Shown: in pieces, positions 54,256-64,000 of the stretch | Layout: each line of letters opens with the position of its first letter | Numbering within the stretch: position 1 is the stretch's first letter | From: Octopus sinensis | Lineage: Eukaryota | DNA length: 64,000 nt | Direction: 5' to 3' | NCBI RefSeq assembly: GCF_006345805.1 | Contig: NC_042999.1 | Coordinates: forward strand, 69,936,001 to 70,000,000 | Position numbers and translations under genes: made by a program | Notes under the pieces: generated by a model | Database searches by the model: none | What the model saw: only the letters and a program-made list of their open reading frames with translations | Told to the model about the DNA's origin: nothing

Positions 54256-55735
54256 ATGTGATCATTATTATTGTTTAGAGCTAAGTCAACATTGATTGAT
54301 CACACTAATGATAGAACACATTCCCAACAGATGAATATCCTGTATTTTTGTCTTTAGTTTTTAGCATTGCGATTCCAGAGAGCTTCATCATTCGATGTAT
54401 CTCTATCTCTTCAAGAAATTCAGATGTTATTGAAGAAAGATTTCGATACTAATTTTGGTTTGATTGGTAAAAGAAAGAAAAAAAAAACAAACGTGTAAAT
54501 TACATACTTCGTCCAAGAATCATTTACGGTGTTTGTGGTAAATATTTATGGTAGCTGGTTGAATGGGAAGCAAATCATGAATAAACACGGTCGTGTTAGC
54601 CAATCTCTTGTGAATATATTACATTATGACATCATGTTTCCGTGAAGGAAATGTAGTTTTCAAAAATATAATTTCACGAGAAATCTAATCACTGTTATAG
54701 TTTACTAAAAATAAAAAATTAGTAATTAGTAATTAATATGTAATGAGTAGCATTTACGAAGTGTGATGAAGTACAAGGGAATTTTCATCCTACTTTTAGT
54801 TGAAAGCCAACGAGGGAACGTTACGCGATGGACGGACTTGCTTGAAGTAGTTTTAAATATACAGTATTATTTGTAAAATACACAAGGCGATTGGACTTGG
54901 ACGCCTTTAGTCAAATGGATCAGATTTGACTCTAGGATAAAGAACGATATCAATAACTCCACTTTTGGTAGACTTTTAGAGTTCCGTTTTCCTGATCTAT
55001 AGCCAAGATAAATTATTCGTTAATTTGTGGTATTTAACAACGCCTCTTTAAGTTCTCAGTTCAAATCGTAGCAAGGTCGACTCGCATTTACAGTTTCCAG
55101 AGTCGATAAAGCAAAAAAAAAAAAAAAGGTTTATATTGATCATCAATTAAGGTAACTACATACTTTCCGCCAACAAGTTAGTTATTGCAAATAAGGTATC
55201 GAAAATCTCAACCGTCCAATTATACAAGAATCTCAAGCTCAGTTTCTCTGAACGAATCTTCATTTTCAATATTCTAACATTCCGACATTCCTTCCTAATA
55301 AATAAGATATTTCTATGGCTATGATATGTAAGATATTTCGAGATAGGCTTTAAATAAGATCTGTTACGTACGAAAATCCACCTGGAATTTAACTTAATTC
55401 TCAACATAGATTGAGACGTATCATGTTAAGCATAAATTTGAAACTACGAGTAAAGCTAAGGGAATCACCTAGGTAAACATATACGATTTCTTTCAACGAG
55501 TAACAAGACCGATTCCTCTTCGAGGTGTGAATATGGTCGTACGAACTGGCCTAACCTTATTACGTAGCAATTAATAACTTTACAGATATTTAAAGGCTGG
55601 AGAAAATAAAATGGAACCTTATGTGAGTAAAAACCATCAGTTTTGCAGGAAGACGCCTAGTGTTTGTTCTCAGTCTTAATAAGAACTCCACCTAAATATT
55701 GGCGTATCATGCTTATACATGAGGGTACACACATA

Positions 55736-55806
<71 letters not shown>

Positions 55807-55905
55807 ATATGCGCGGTGGAATGTATGGGGGATGAAAATGTATCTGTAGTATGTGTTCTAACATATCTATCGACATACGTATATATACATATATATATAT
55901 ATATG

Positions 55906-55907
<2 letters not shown>

Positions 55908-55960
<53 letters not shown>

Positions 55961-56268
55961 GGCTGCCCCTCGTTATCGAGTATGGCCTTGCACGAAGCTT
56001 AACTGTTACTGGTGCTGTGATCGAATGTGACTTTTTAGCCCAGCTAAAGATCTACAATGTCTTGTACAGAATTGGCAACTAATACCTTTATCGGTAATAG
56101 CCGGCTGTAGTTGGAACTGGGCTTCATGTACCTTTGCATGTCGTTTAAGTCCTCCTGCCGAATTACACTCTCTTCCACATGCCCGACAGATATGATTAGT
56201 ATGGTGTGTTACAACACCACCAGTGGCTAGGTTGTCACTCATCTGTCTCGAGACAGATGAGCGAGCGA
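55908..56268 (-). mobile_element. RTE-type LINE 3' end with two C2H2 zinc fingers and (TAA)n tail
   Basis: CRACGRECNSAGGLKRHAKVH..CQFCTRHCRSLAGLKSHIRSQH*, short 3' UTR CCATACTCGATAACGAGGGGCAGCC, then (ATA)n. The same UTR end occurs at ~8628-8665. Confidence 0.8.
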
Positions 56269-56369
56269 TATATATATACATACATATACACACACACATA
56301 TATATATACACACACACACACATATGTATGTAAGTATGTATGTATGTATGTATGTATGTATGTATGTAT

Positions 56370-56830
56370 GTATAAGGCCTGTTTAGAAAGAAATCGAACT
56401 TTTAAACTAGCGCGGTTTTGAGGCTGTATTTCGGTTACCTTGACATTCAGTCAAATAACAGCCACTATATGCAACATATTTAATTTCTGTTTCAAATCAG
56501 GGAAAGGTTTTACAAACACTTTTTTAATGTGGCAGCAGATATATAATGTACGTTGCCTGATCCGTACACAATTTCACGAACGATACCAGAGTTTCAAACT
56601 AAGATGAATACGCACCAAAGACAATCCCGAATCGGATTGTCTTTCACAACAGATGACAAACGCGTTATGAAAATGCATACTGCGATCCATCAACAATCTC
56701 ATTTGTCTGTCCATGAAATTTTTTTAAGAAGTAAGCATCAAGAAAAGTTCCTGGTACATGATTTTTAGAGAAAAAAACAGAAGATTCTATTACTGCAAAA
56801 TCTGTATCAAACCTACTGACCATTGGCGTG
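56370..56830 (+). mobile_element. Degenerate mariner 5' remnant
   Basis: FCFKSGKGFTNTFLMWQQIY resembles the mariner N-terminus IKFCFKLGK..TET..ML..AY. Confidence 0.5.
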
Positions 56831-56838
56831 AGTCCACG

Positions 56839-56878
<40 letters not shown>

Positions 56879-56980
56879 GAAGAAGAAGAAGAAGAAGAAG
56901 AAGAAGAAGAAGAAGAAGAAGAAGAAGAAGAAGAAGAAGAAGAAGAAGAAGAAGAAGAAGAAGACGATGACGACGACGAT
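56839..56980. repeat. Compound (ATT)n/(GAA)n/(GAC)n microsatellite
   Basis: Direct inspection. Confidence 0.95.
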
Positions 56981-57019
56981 TACAACTGGAATGATATTTT
57001 GATATTAATGAAATTAATA

Positions 57020-57435
57020 GGCCGTGAGCTGGCAGAATTGTTAAGCATGCCGAACTAGATGCTTAGCGGCATTTCTTCCGTCTTTACGTTCTGAGTTCAA
57101 ATTCCGCCGAAGTCGATTTTGCTTTTCATCCCTTCGCCATACGATAAAATATGCACCAGCAGAGCATTGGAGTCGATGTAAACTATGTACCTCTTAATGA
57201 AATATTTATTTCTTTATTGCTCACGGGCGGTTAAACATAGAGGGGACAAACAAGGACAAAGGGATTAAGTCGATCACATCGACCCCAGTGCGTAACTGGT
57301 ACTTATTTAATCGACCCCGAAAGGATGAAAGGCAAAGTCCACCTCAGCGGAATTTGAACTCAGAACGTGATGGCAGACGAAATATCGCTAAGCATTTTGC
57401 CCGGCGTGCTAACGTTTCTGCCAGCTCACCGCCCT
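57020..57435. mobile_element. Two S1 SINEs tail-to-tail (+ 57020-57190, - 57203-57435)
   Basis: S1 core present in both orientations. Confidence 0.85.
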
Positions 57436-58300
57436 TCTTAATGAATTATTAGTGCTATCAAATTAATCCATTTGCTGGTATATTTCCTTTCCCGTCATTC
57501 TCTTTATTTTACATAGAATTATCCTCGATTAGCTCATACACTCCTGTCTACGTGAATTGTGCATCCAAAATTTTATGGCTTCCTCCTCCTGAGGAGATTC
57601 CGCTTCTTTATTTAAGCCGTCAGTATTTTTACATTGCATTTTGTTTAATACCGCCTGCTGTTATCTCCATTCACGATTATTTATTTTTTCGGTTGATGGT
57701 TGTTTATACTGTCATACAACTGACTGATTACCGTTTTGTTTGACATATCCAACAACATGTAACTTTTGGTTAATTGTGTGCCTGCCTTCACTGCTTATTT
57801 GTCATTGTAGAAGAGTTACAGAGGGGTATTATTGGCAGGCAGCTGGATAACTAAACCGACAGATAACCAATGGCGTCTGTTTCGGTGGTATTTTTACTGT
57901 TTACAAATGGCGTGTGAGGCTTCATCATCGATGATTTATATAAAACCAAACGAAGAAAATTAGGCACAATGGTATTCTGCTGTCGATGTCAGTAAAACCT
58001 TCTGAACTTTTTACTATTATTTAGTTACTATTAAGACAATGAAATAAATAAATAAATAACTAAATAAATAAATAAATATAATGATCATAATACTGGGAGT
58101 TATTTATGACATATAAATCGTAACTGTAGTCTCATATTACGAGACTGGAGTTCTCGTGAAGACTGCTCCCTGCTGTCAAACTTTAATCTGCAAAACTTTA
58201 ATCTGACAAAACACAGGTTCAAGTAGGTTTTATTTATTTATTCGCTTTTCTTTTTGCTGTTATTGGTTGGATTTTTAATGAAAAAGTACATCGTATGACC

Positions 58301-58347
<47 letters not shown>

Positions 58348-58422
58348 TATATATATTATATATATATATATATTATATATATATATATAAATATGTATAT
58401 ATATATATATTATTTTTACTTC

Positions 58423-58570
58423 TGCGCTCTTTTGAAGCCTAGCCAGCCCATTGGGCCTCGGTTTCTGTGGCGTATGTGTTCCCCCAGCTGGACGGGACGC
58501 CAGTCCATTGCAGCGTTACTCAAGAAACAGGAAGAAAGAGTGAGAGAAAGTTGGGGCGAAAGAGTACAAC
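58423..58570 (-). mobile_element. SINE family S3 3' fragment
   Basis: CCCCAGCTGGACGGGACGCCAGTCCAT..CAAGAAACAGG. Confidence 0.85.
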
Positions 58571-58958
58571 TATTTTATACACACGCTTCCCGTACGTATA
58601 CGGAAAGCGTGTGTATAAAATTATAGAATTATTTTGTTTGTTAATTGTTTAAATTATTTTCCATTGCTTTAGTTTTTTTTACACGCGTTACAATTAAGAA
58701 AAAAAAATTTAGGGTTAGGGTTAGGGTTAGTTACAGGATGTTGTCTCAGTTTTAGACGCAGCAAATGATTTTAGCTCAAAAGAGAGCATAGGATTGGTTA
58801 AAATTCGAAAAATTAAACTATGTTAAACAAACAAATTACAATTTTCTCAAGAAAGCCAAGAGAAAAAAATGTTTTATTTTGACACATTCTACCAGAATAC
58901 GAAGTTTTAAAGTGTTTAGTTAACTAGAAATTGTCTGCCGTTCAAAAGGAAAAGATCC
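58571..58958. mobile_element. Divergent MITE family M relative with a left-end hairpin and (TTAGGG)3
   Basis: Right end CTGCCGTTCAAAAGGAAAAGATCC; hairpin ATTTTATACACACGCTT..AAGCGTGTGTATAAAAT at 58572-58621. Confidence 0.65.
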
Positions 58959-59002
58959 GGGTTAGGGAATAACGGTTCAACATGATGAAATAGCCAGAAG
59001 AA

Positions 59003-59062
<60 letters not shown>

Positions 59063-59064
<2 letters not shown>

Positions 59065-59230
59065 GCGCAGGCGTGACTTTGTGTGGTAAGAAGTTTGCTT
59101 CCCAACCACATGACTCTAGGTTCAGTCCCACTGCGTGGCCCCTTGGACAGGTTTCTTCTACTATAGCCTAGGGCCGACCAAACCCTTGTAAGTGGATTTG
59201 GCAGGCGCAAACTCTGTATTTGTGTGTATG
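59063..59230 (+). mobile_element. SINE family S2 5' half
   Basis: GGCGCAGGCGTG..GTGTGGTAAGAAGTTTGCTTCCCAACCACATG. Confidence 0.85.
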
Positions 59231-59858
59231 TGTAAGGCAATTTAATGTTTGCATAAAATTACACAAAATTAATTCAATTATTCTTAAACAACCCGTAAAA
59301 GAAAACACCTTTTAGAAAAATGTGTATTTTTCTACATTTTTCAGCCCCTTGTCTGACCGTAATCAAAGACTTCCAAACATAGCCACCATTTTGTTTTATC
59401 GATATTCAGTGCTAAATTATGCACTTTTTTTAAGATAACAGGGTGTGAGCTGCAGGCGGAGGAATAACAGAGTCGTTAGCGTATCAAACAAAATATTTTG
59501 CCTTATTTGTTGCTGATCTCTATTCCCCTAGTTCAAATTCTACTAACGTATGTTTGTCTCTCCTTCTCTCTAAGAATTGAGTAAATCAATATCAAAATGG
59601 CATATTGTAAAAAAAAAAAAACATCGGAAGGTGAACCAAATTTGTGCCCTCTAACGGGAATTCTGCAAAAATAATGCTTGTGAAGGGAAGGAAACTGCGT
59701 GTTGTCGTTCGTCAGCCTAACAGCGGAAGGAAGGCGAGGTGGTTTTTGAGTAAGATTTGAACGACTACGCAGAAGTCCCTGTAATATACGTATTGATTTA
59801 TTTAGACGTCATTGGGTTAATGACAACTCCGTTGCTTTACGTACACATAGCTGAAATG

Positions 59859-60300
59859 GGATCTTTTCGGTTTGAACGGCAGTTTTTTCTAGCGGTGTCA
59901 TATGAAATTGTCACCCATAATTATGACCCTAGTATCGATCTATTGCATTTCAATCTATTTTAGGATTAGGGTTAGTTAGGGTTAGTTAGGGTTAGGGTTA
60001 GGGGTGGGGGGAAGGGTATCTTTTTTTCTTCACAAATGTAAATAAACCCAATCTGTTTCTTAAACGAGGGACATATTCATCCGGCACAGAATGTTGTTTA
60101 CCTCAATAGACGTCACTGTTTAGTTGAAATTGCAGAAATTGAAGAAAAAAACAACAACTATCTTACAAACTATAGAATTTTCCCCATAAGGCCAAGAGAA
60201 AAAGATGTTTTATAAACACATTCTACCAGTATACGAAGTTAAAAATTTTTTAGTTACCTAGAAATTATGTTAAAAACTGCCGTTCAAACCGAAAAGATCC
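59859..60300. mobile_element. MITE family M, intact, with 8-bp TSD (Merlin-like signature)
   Basis: CTGAAATG|GGATCTTTTCGGTTTGAACGGCAGTTTT ... AAAACTGCCGTTCAAACCGAAAAGATCC|CTGAAATG. Confidence 0.9.
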
Positions 60301-60790
60301 CTGAAATGTATTAAGAGCCGTTAGATATGTCGGTTATAGCCATTGTAGGGTTAACGACGGCTCAGTAAATACTGCCTCACCAAATAAATAGCTGAATATA
60401 TTAAAGATCACTCTTGTATCTGTTTTAGTTTTTATAGAGTTAACGGCAAATCAGCTGATGACTGCCTTACCACTTCCCATACTTGAAATATATTAACATA
60501 TTATGCATTTGCTATTTTAGTTGTTATACAATTAAGAACAGCTCAATAAATACTTCCAACGCAGTTGAATATATATTATGAGTGGGCTCACGTGTCTGTT
60601 TTTGTGATTACAGGGTTAACGACTGCTCAGCTTAAAGACTGTCTCAGCATCACACATAGCTGAAATACATTAAGCGATTACTCATGTGTCTGTTCTAGTC
60701 GTTATAGGATTAACGACAGCGCAGTTAAAGACTGCCTCGCCAAATCACATAGTTGAAATACATTAAGATATGATCCATGTGTTTGTATTA
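60301..60790. repeat. Degenerate ~90-bp tandem array (continues left of the MITE at ~59790-59858)
   Basis: AGGGTTAACGAC..CAG..AAGACTGCCT..CACATAGCTGAAATACATTAAG variants at ~60347, 60436, 60612 and 60706. Confidence 0.65.
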
Positions 60791-61164
60791 CAAAAGCCAC
60801 AGCCTAGACGCACCTTTCCCAAAATATGCAACGAACTAAGTAAAATTTATATTCTGAGTACATTAAAGGGAAATCTCAACAACTATGCGAAACATGTTAA
60901 TTTTTATAATAAGGGATATAAGGATTGTAAAATGAAATAAGGTACACCTCTCTTCTGAAGTAGACCAATGAACGAGCTTCTAAACAACAGCAACAATAAC
61001 AACAGGCCAATATCCTCGTCCTTAAATAACTAAGCTGCAATATCTGCTTACAAACAAGGTATGTGTAACAAATTTATGGCTAAACAAATAGAGAGAAAAT
61101 GGAACTGCCAAAAAATTTCAAGCCTTTCCTTTTATTTCAAAATTGGCATTTTTTAAAAATCTTT

Positions 61165-61568
61165 CATCTTTTATCTGTTTCAGTCACTTGACTACGGCCA
61201 TGCTGAGGCACCGCCTTGAAGAGTTTCAATCGAACAAATCGACACCAAGACTTATTCTTTGCAAGCCTGGTACTTATTCTATTGGTCTCTTTTGCCGAAC
61301 AGCTAAGTTACGGTGACGTAAACACACCAGCATCGGTTGTCAAGCGATGTTGGAGGGACAAACACAGACACATACACACATATATATTTATATATACATA
61401 TATACGACAGGCTTCTTTCAGTTTCCGTCTACCAAATCCACTCACAAGGCCTTGGTCGGCCCGAGGCTGTAATAGAAGACACTTGCCCAAGGTGCCACGC
61501 AGAGGGACTGAACCTAGAACCATGTGGTTGGGAAACAAACTTCTTACCATACAACCATGCCTGCACCT
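61165..61568 (-). mobile_element. SINE family S2, full length
   Basis: Matches 53868-54255. Confidence 0.92.
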
Positions 61569-61736
61569 AATTACTTTACTTTTTCGTATTTTTATTAAAT
61601 TTTCATTCCCTACTGCGTGTTTATATTCCCGTGACCACCACCACCAAACAGGAATATTCTGGAACGCAACAGCTTTTGAACTCAAATTACTTCATTTTTG
61701 TTTTTACTTACAATTGTTTATCAATTAAGTAATTAT

Positions 61737-62101
61737 TCTTTTACTCTTTTAATTGTTTCAGTCATTTGACTGCGGCCATGCTGGAGCATCGCCTTTAGTC
61801 GAGCAAATCTACCCCAGGACTTATTCTTTGTAAGCCGAGTACTTATTCTATCAGTCTCTTTTGCCGAACCGCTAAGTTACGGGGACGTAAACTCACCAAC
61901 ATCGGTTGTCAAGCGATGTTGGGGGGACAAACACAGACACACAAGGACAGACAAAGGGATTAAGTCGATTACATCGACCCCAGTGCGTAATTGGTACGTA
62001 ATTTATCGACCTCGGCGGAATTTGAACTCAGAACGTAACAGCAGACGAAATACCGCTAAGCATTTCGCCCGGCGTGCTAACGTTTCTGCCAGATCGCTGC
62101 C
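61737..62101 (-). mobile_element. Chimeric SINE: S1 5' part joined to S2 3' part
   Basis: The S2 tail 61737-61940 switches at GACAAACACAGACACACAAGGACAGAC to the S1 body and head (61940-62101). Confidence 0.75.
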
Positions 62102-63313
62102 TTTACTCCCTCTTCTAAACAAACACACCTCTACACATACACATACAAGTATGCACATATACAAACCTAAGATAGAGGTAAAGCAGACCTTGGGCCGAAA
62201 AGCGAAGTCACTGATTCACTGGAAAGATCGCGAACAGCAACAATTTTTTAAGCGACACATTAAACAAACGACTAGTTAATTAGTTGGTTAAATATTTAGC
62301 CACTAGCCTAACATTAAAGAAGTGAAACTGAACCTGTGCATGTGTTATTATTGGTGTAATGACTCTCCCAAAACATAATGAGATATGAAATCAGTATGAC
62401 TAAAAGCATGGGAGAGAGGGCCCTGCATGGTTACGCCACCAGCTAGAAACATTTGACAAATCTTCTTAATATTACATCCTTACCATCTTAAAATTAGAAG
62501 GACACGTTAGATAATATGGTCTCGAATGCGCAGTGCTTGGAAATCAAAACAGATGGTCATGGTTGGAACATAGGTTTGTTCAACCTGTAGTAATCAACAA
62601 TTTATGAGCCAGCGATAAGGCTGTACGTACTCAGCCGAATTGCCAGAAATAGTAGCCAAAATTTCCTTCAAATCAAATTACAACGTCTTAAATAACGCTG
62701 GGAACATTTCGATATAGTAATCCTGGATAGCTCTAAAATACAGGATGATGATAGCTAGAATACTTGTGATCATGGGTTTCTACAATTTGGACTCAGCTGG
62801 AACAAAATAATAACAATATCTACAAGAGAGTCATCGAGACCTTTGATCGATCAAATACTGGATGCTGTAGAACTGTTCAAAAGCAACGAACCGAGTACCT
62901 TATAAGAACAGACTGCATGTTTCAACAACAGCAGGAACTGTATAGAAAGAAACGCATGTGATATGACAACGCTTTTTACATAGGGAACCTAACTGAGGTG
63001 TATTTGTGTGAGAGACAGCTTTTCGATCGCTTCTGCCACCTACCATTTTCAGGTGTTCTTTCCTTATAAATACAAATATTACTAGACTGGGCATGACAAG
63101 AGTCCTGAATAGAAGAAAAATAGGAAAGATAACTTCATATTCATATACTATAAAACACATTAAAAAAATGTGCACACAGATATAATTGCACACATACGCA
63201 CATACATAATATTTATACGTATACACACATGTATATGTGTGTGTGTGTGCGTGCGTATGTGTATGTATCTGCGCGTTTGTATACATGCATGCATACATAC
63301 ATACATACACACG

Positions 63314-63350
<37 letters not shown>

Positions 63351-63599
63351 TTGTATATATACAGATACATACATACATGTATATCATTCAACTTCAGTAG
63401 TAGTTGAATAATATTCTTAAGGCTGCAATTTTATTCACGGCAGCATCTTTCAGACCTTTGTCGCTAATTCAGTTCTTAACCAAATTTTTGATGAGGACTG
63501 GTCCCTAGCTACATTTTGGCATAGAAAAACTGAAATTTGATCCAGTAGAAAAAAAGCTTACATCAAAATTTCTAGCAACGTTATAGGAGAGGAAGTAAA

Positions 63600-63870
63600 G
63601 CCTCCAATCAAGTTTAGATCTAAATAACCTTTTTTTTTAAAAAAAAAAGCAAAATATATTTATCTTAGCTTCAATGACAGAAGAAAGCATGAGGAATTTC
63701 ATAGTTTTGGTCCCATGCAACAAAAACTTGTATAAAAACTTGTGAGGTAAAATATCATGAAAAAATATAAGTAAGGTAAAACATTTTTGAAGAGGACCTC
63801 ATGCTGTAAGTAACGCCTCCAATCAAGTTTAGATCTAAATAACTTTTCTATTTTAAAAGCAAAATATGTT
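63600..63870. repeat. Direct repeat, period ~215 bp
   Basis: GCCTCCAATCAAGTTTAGATCTAAATAAC..AAAAGCAAAATAT at 63600 and 63815. Confidence 0.75.
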
Positions 63871-64000
63871 TAAATTTATCATTCAATTTTCAGTAAGGTA
63901 AAATCTTAAATTATTGACACATTTATTAATTAGCATAACAGCTTAGCCCGGGAAAAAACATCGATTACATGGGAGAATGCGAACAAAATAAATAATATTC

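Noticed and set aside
58705-60011. Telomere or chromosome-fusion relic
   Set aside because: The TTAGGG tracts are short and internal to a MITE family.
62898-63063. Cys-containing minus-strand exon candidate (LCKKRCHITC)
   Set aside because: All three frames hit a stop before the putative donor, and the Cys spacing does not match the EB module.

Overview
Eukaryotic, very AT-rich, repeat-saturated DNA. The SINE families, (TA)n/(CA)n/(TATG)n density and telomeric TTAGGG motifs point to an octopus/coleoid cephalopod genome (inference from recalled repeat families, not a database hit). Almost all ORFs in the supplied track are microsatellite translations. The only convincing host coding sequence is one 135-bp phase 1-1 exon on the minus strand (23477-23611) encoding a 6-cysteine EB/EGF-like module, so much of the window is probably intron or flank of a cysteine-rich gene. 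A decayed coding-like block lies at 30.7-31.5 kb. The rest is mobile DNA: four tRNA-derived SINE families, RTE and R4/Dong LINE 3' ends, mariner, pogo/Tc2, piggyBac and Merlin-like DNA-transposon derivatives, and Helitrons. The most striking signal is a recurring class of short inverted-repeat elements embedded in (TA)n arrays that carry hammerhead-ribozyme motifs pointing outward (Penelope-like termini). Examples are an apparently intact inverted hammerhead pair (3466-4049) and a tandemly duplicated hairpin with ~400-bp arms (27564-29638). There is a 100-N gap at 4674-4773.
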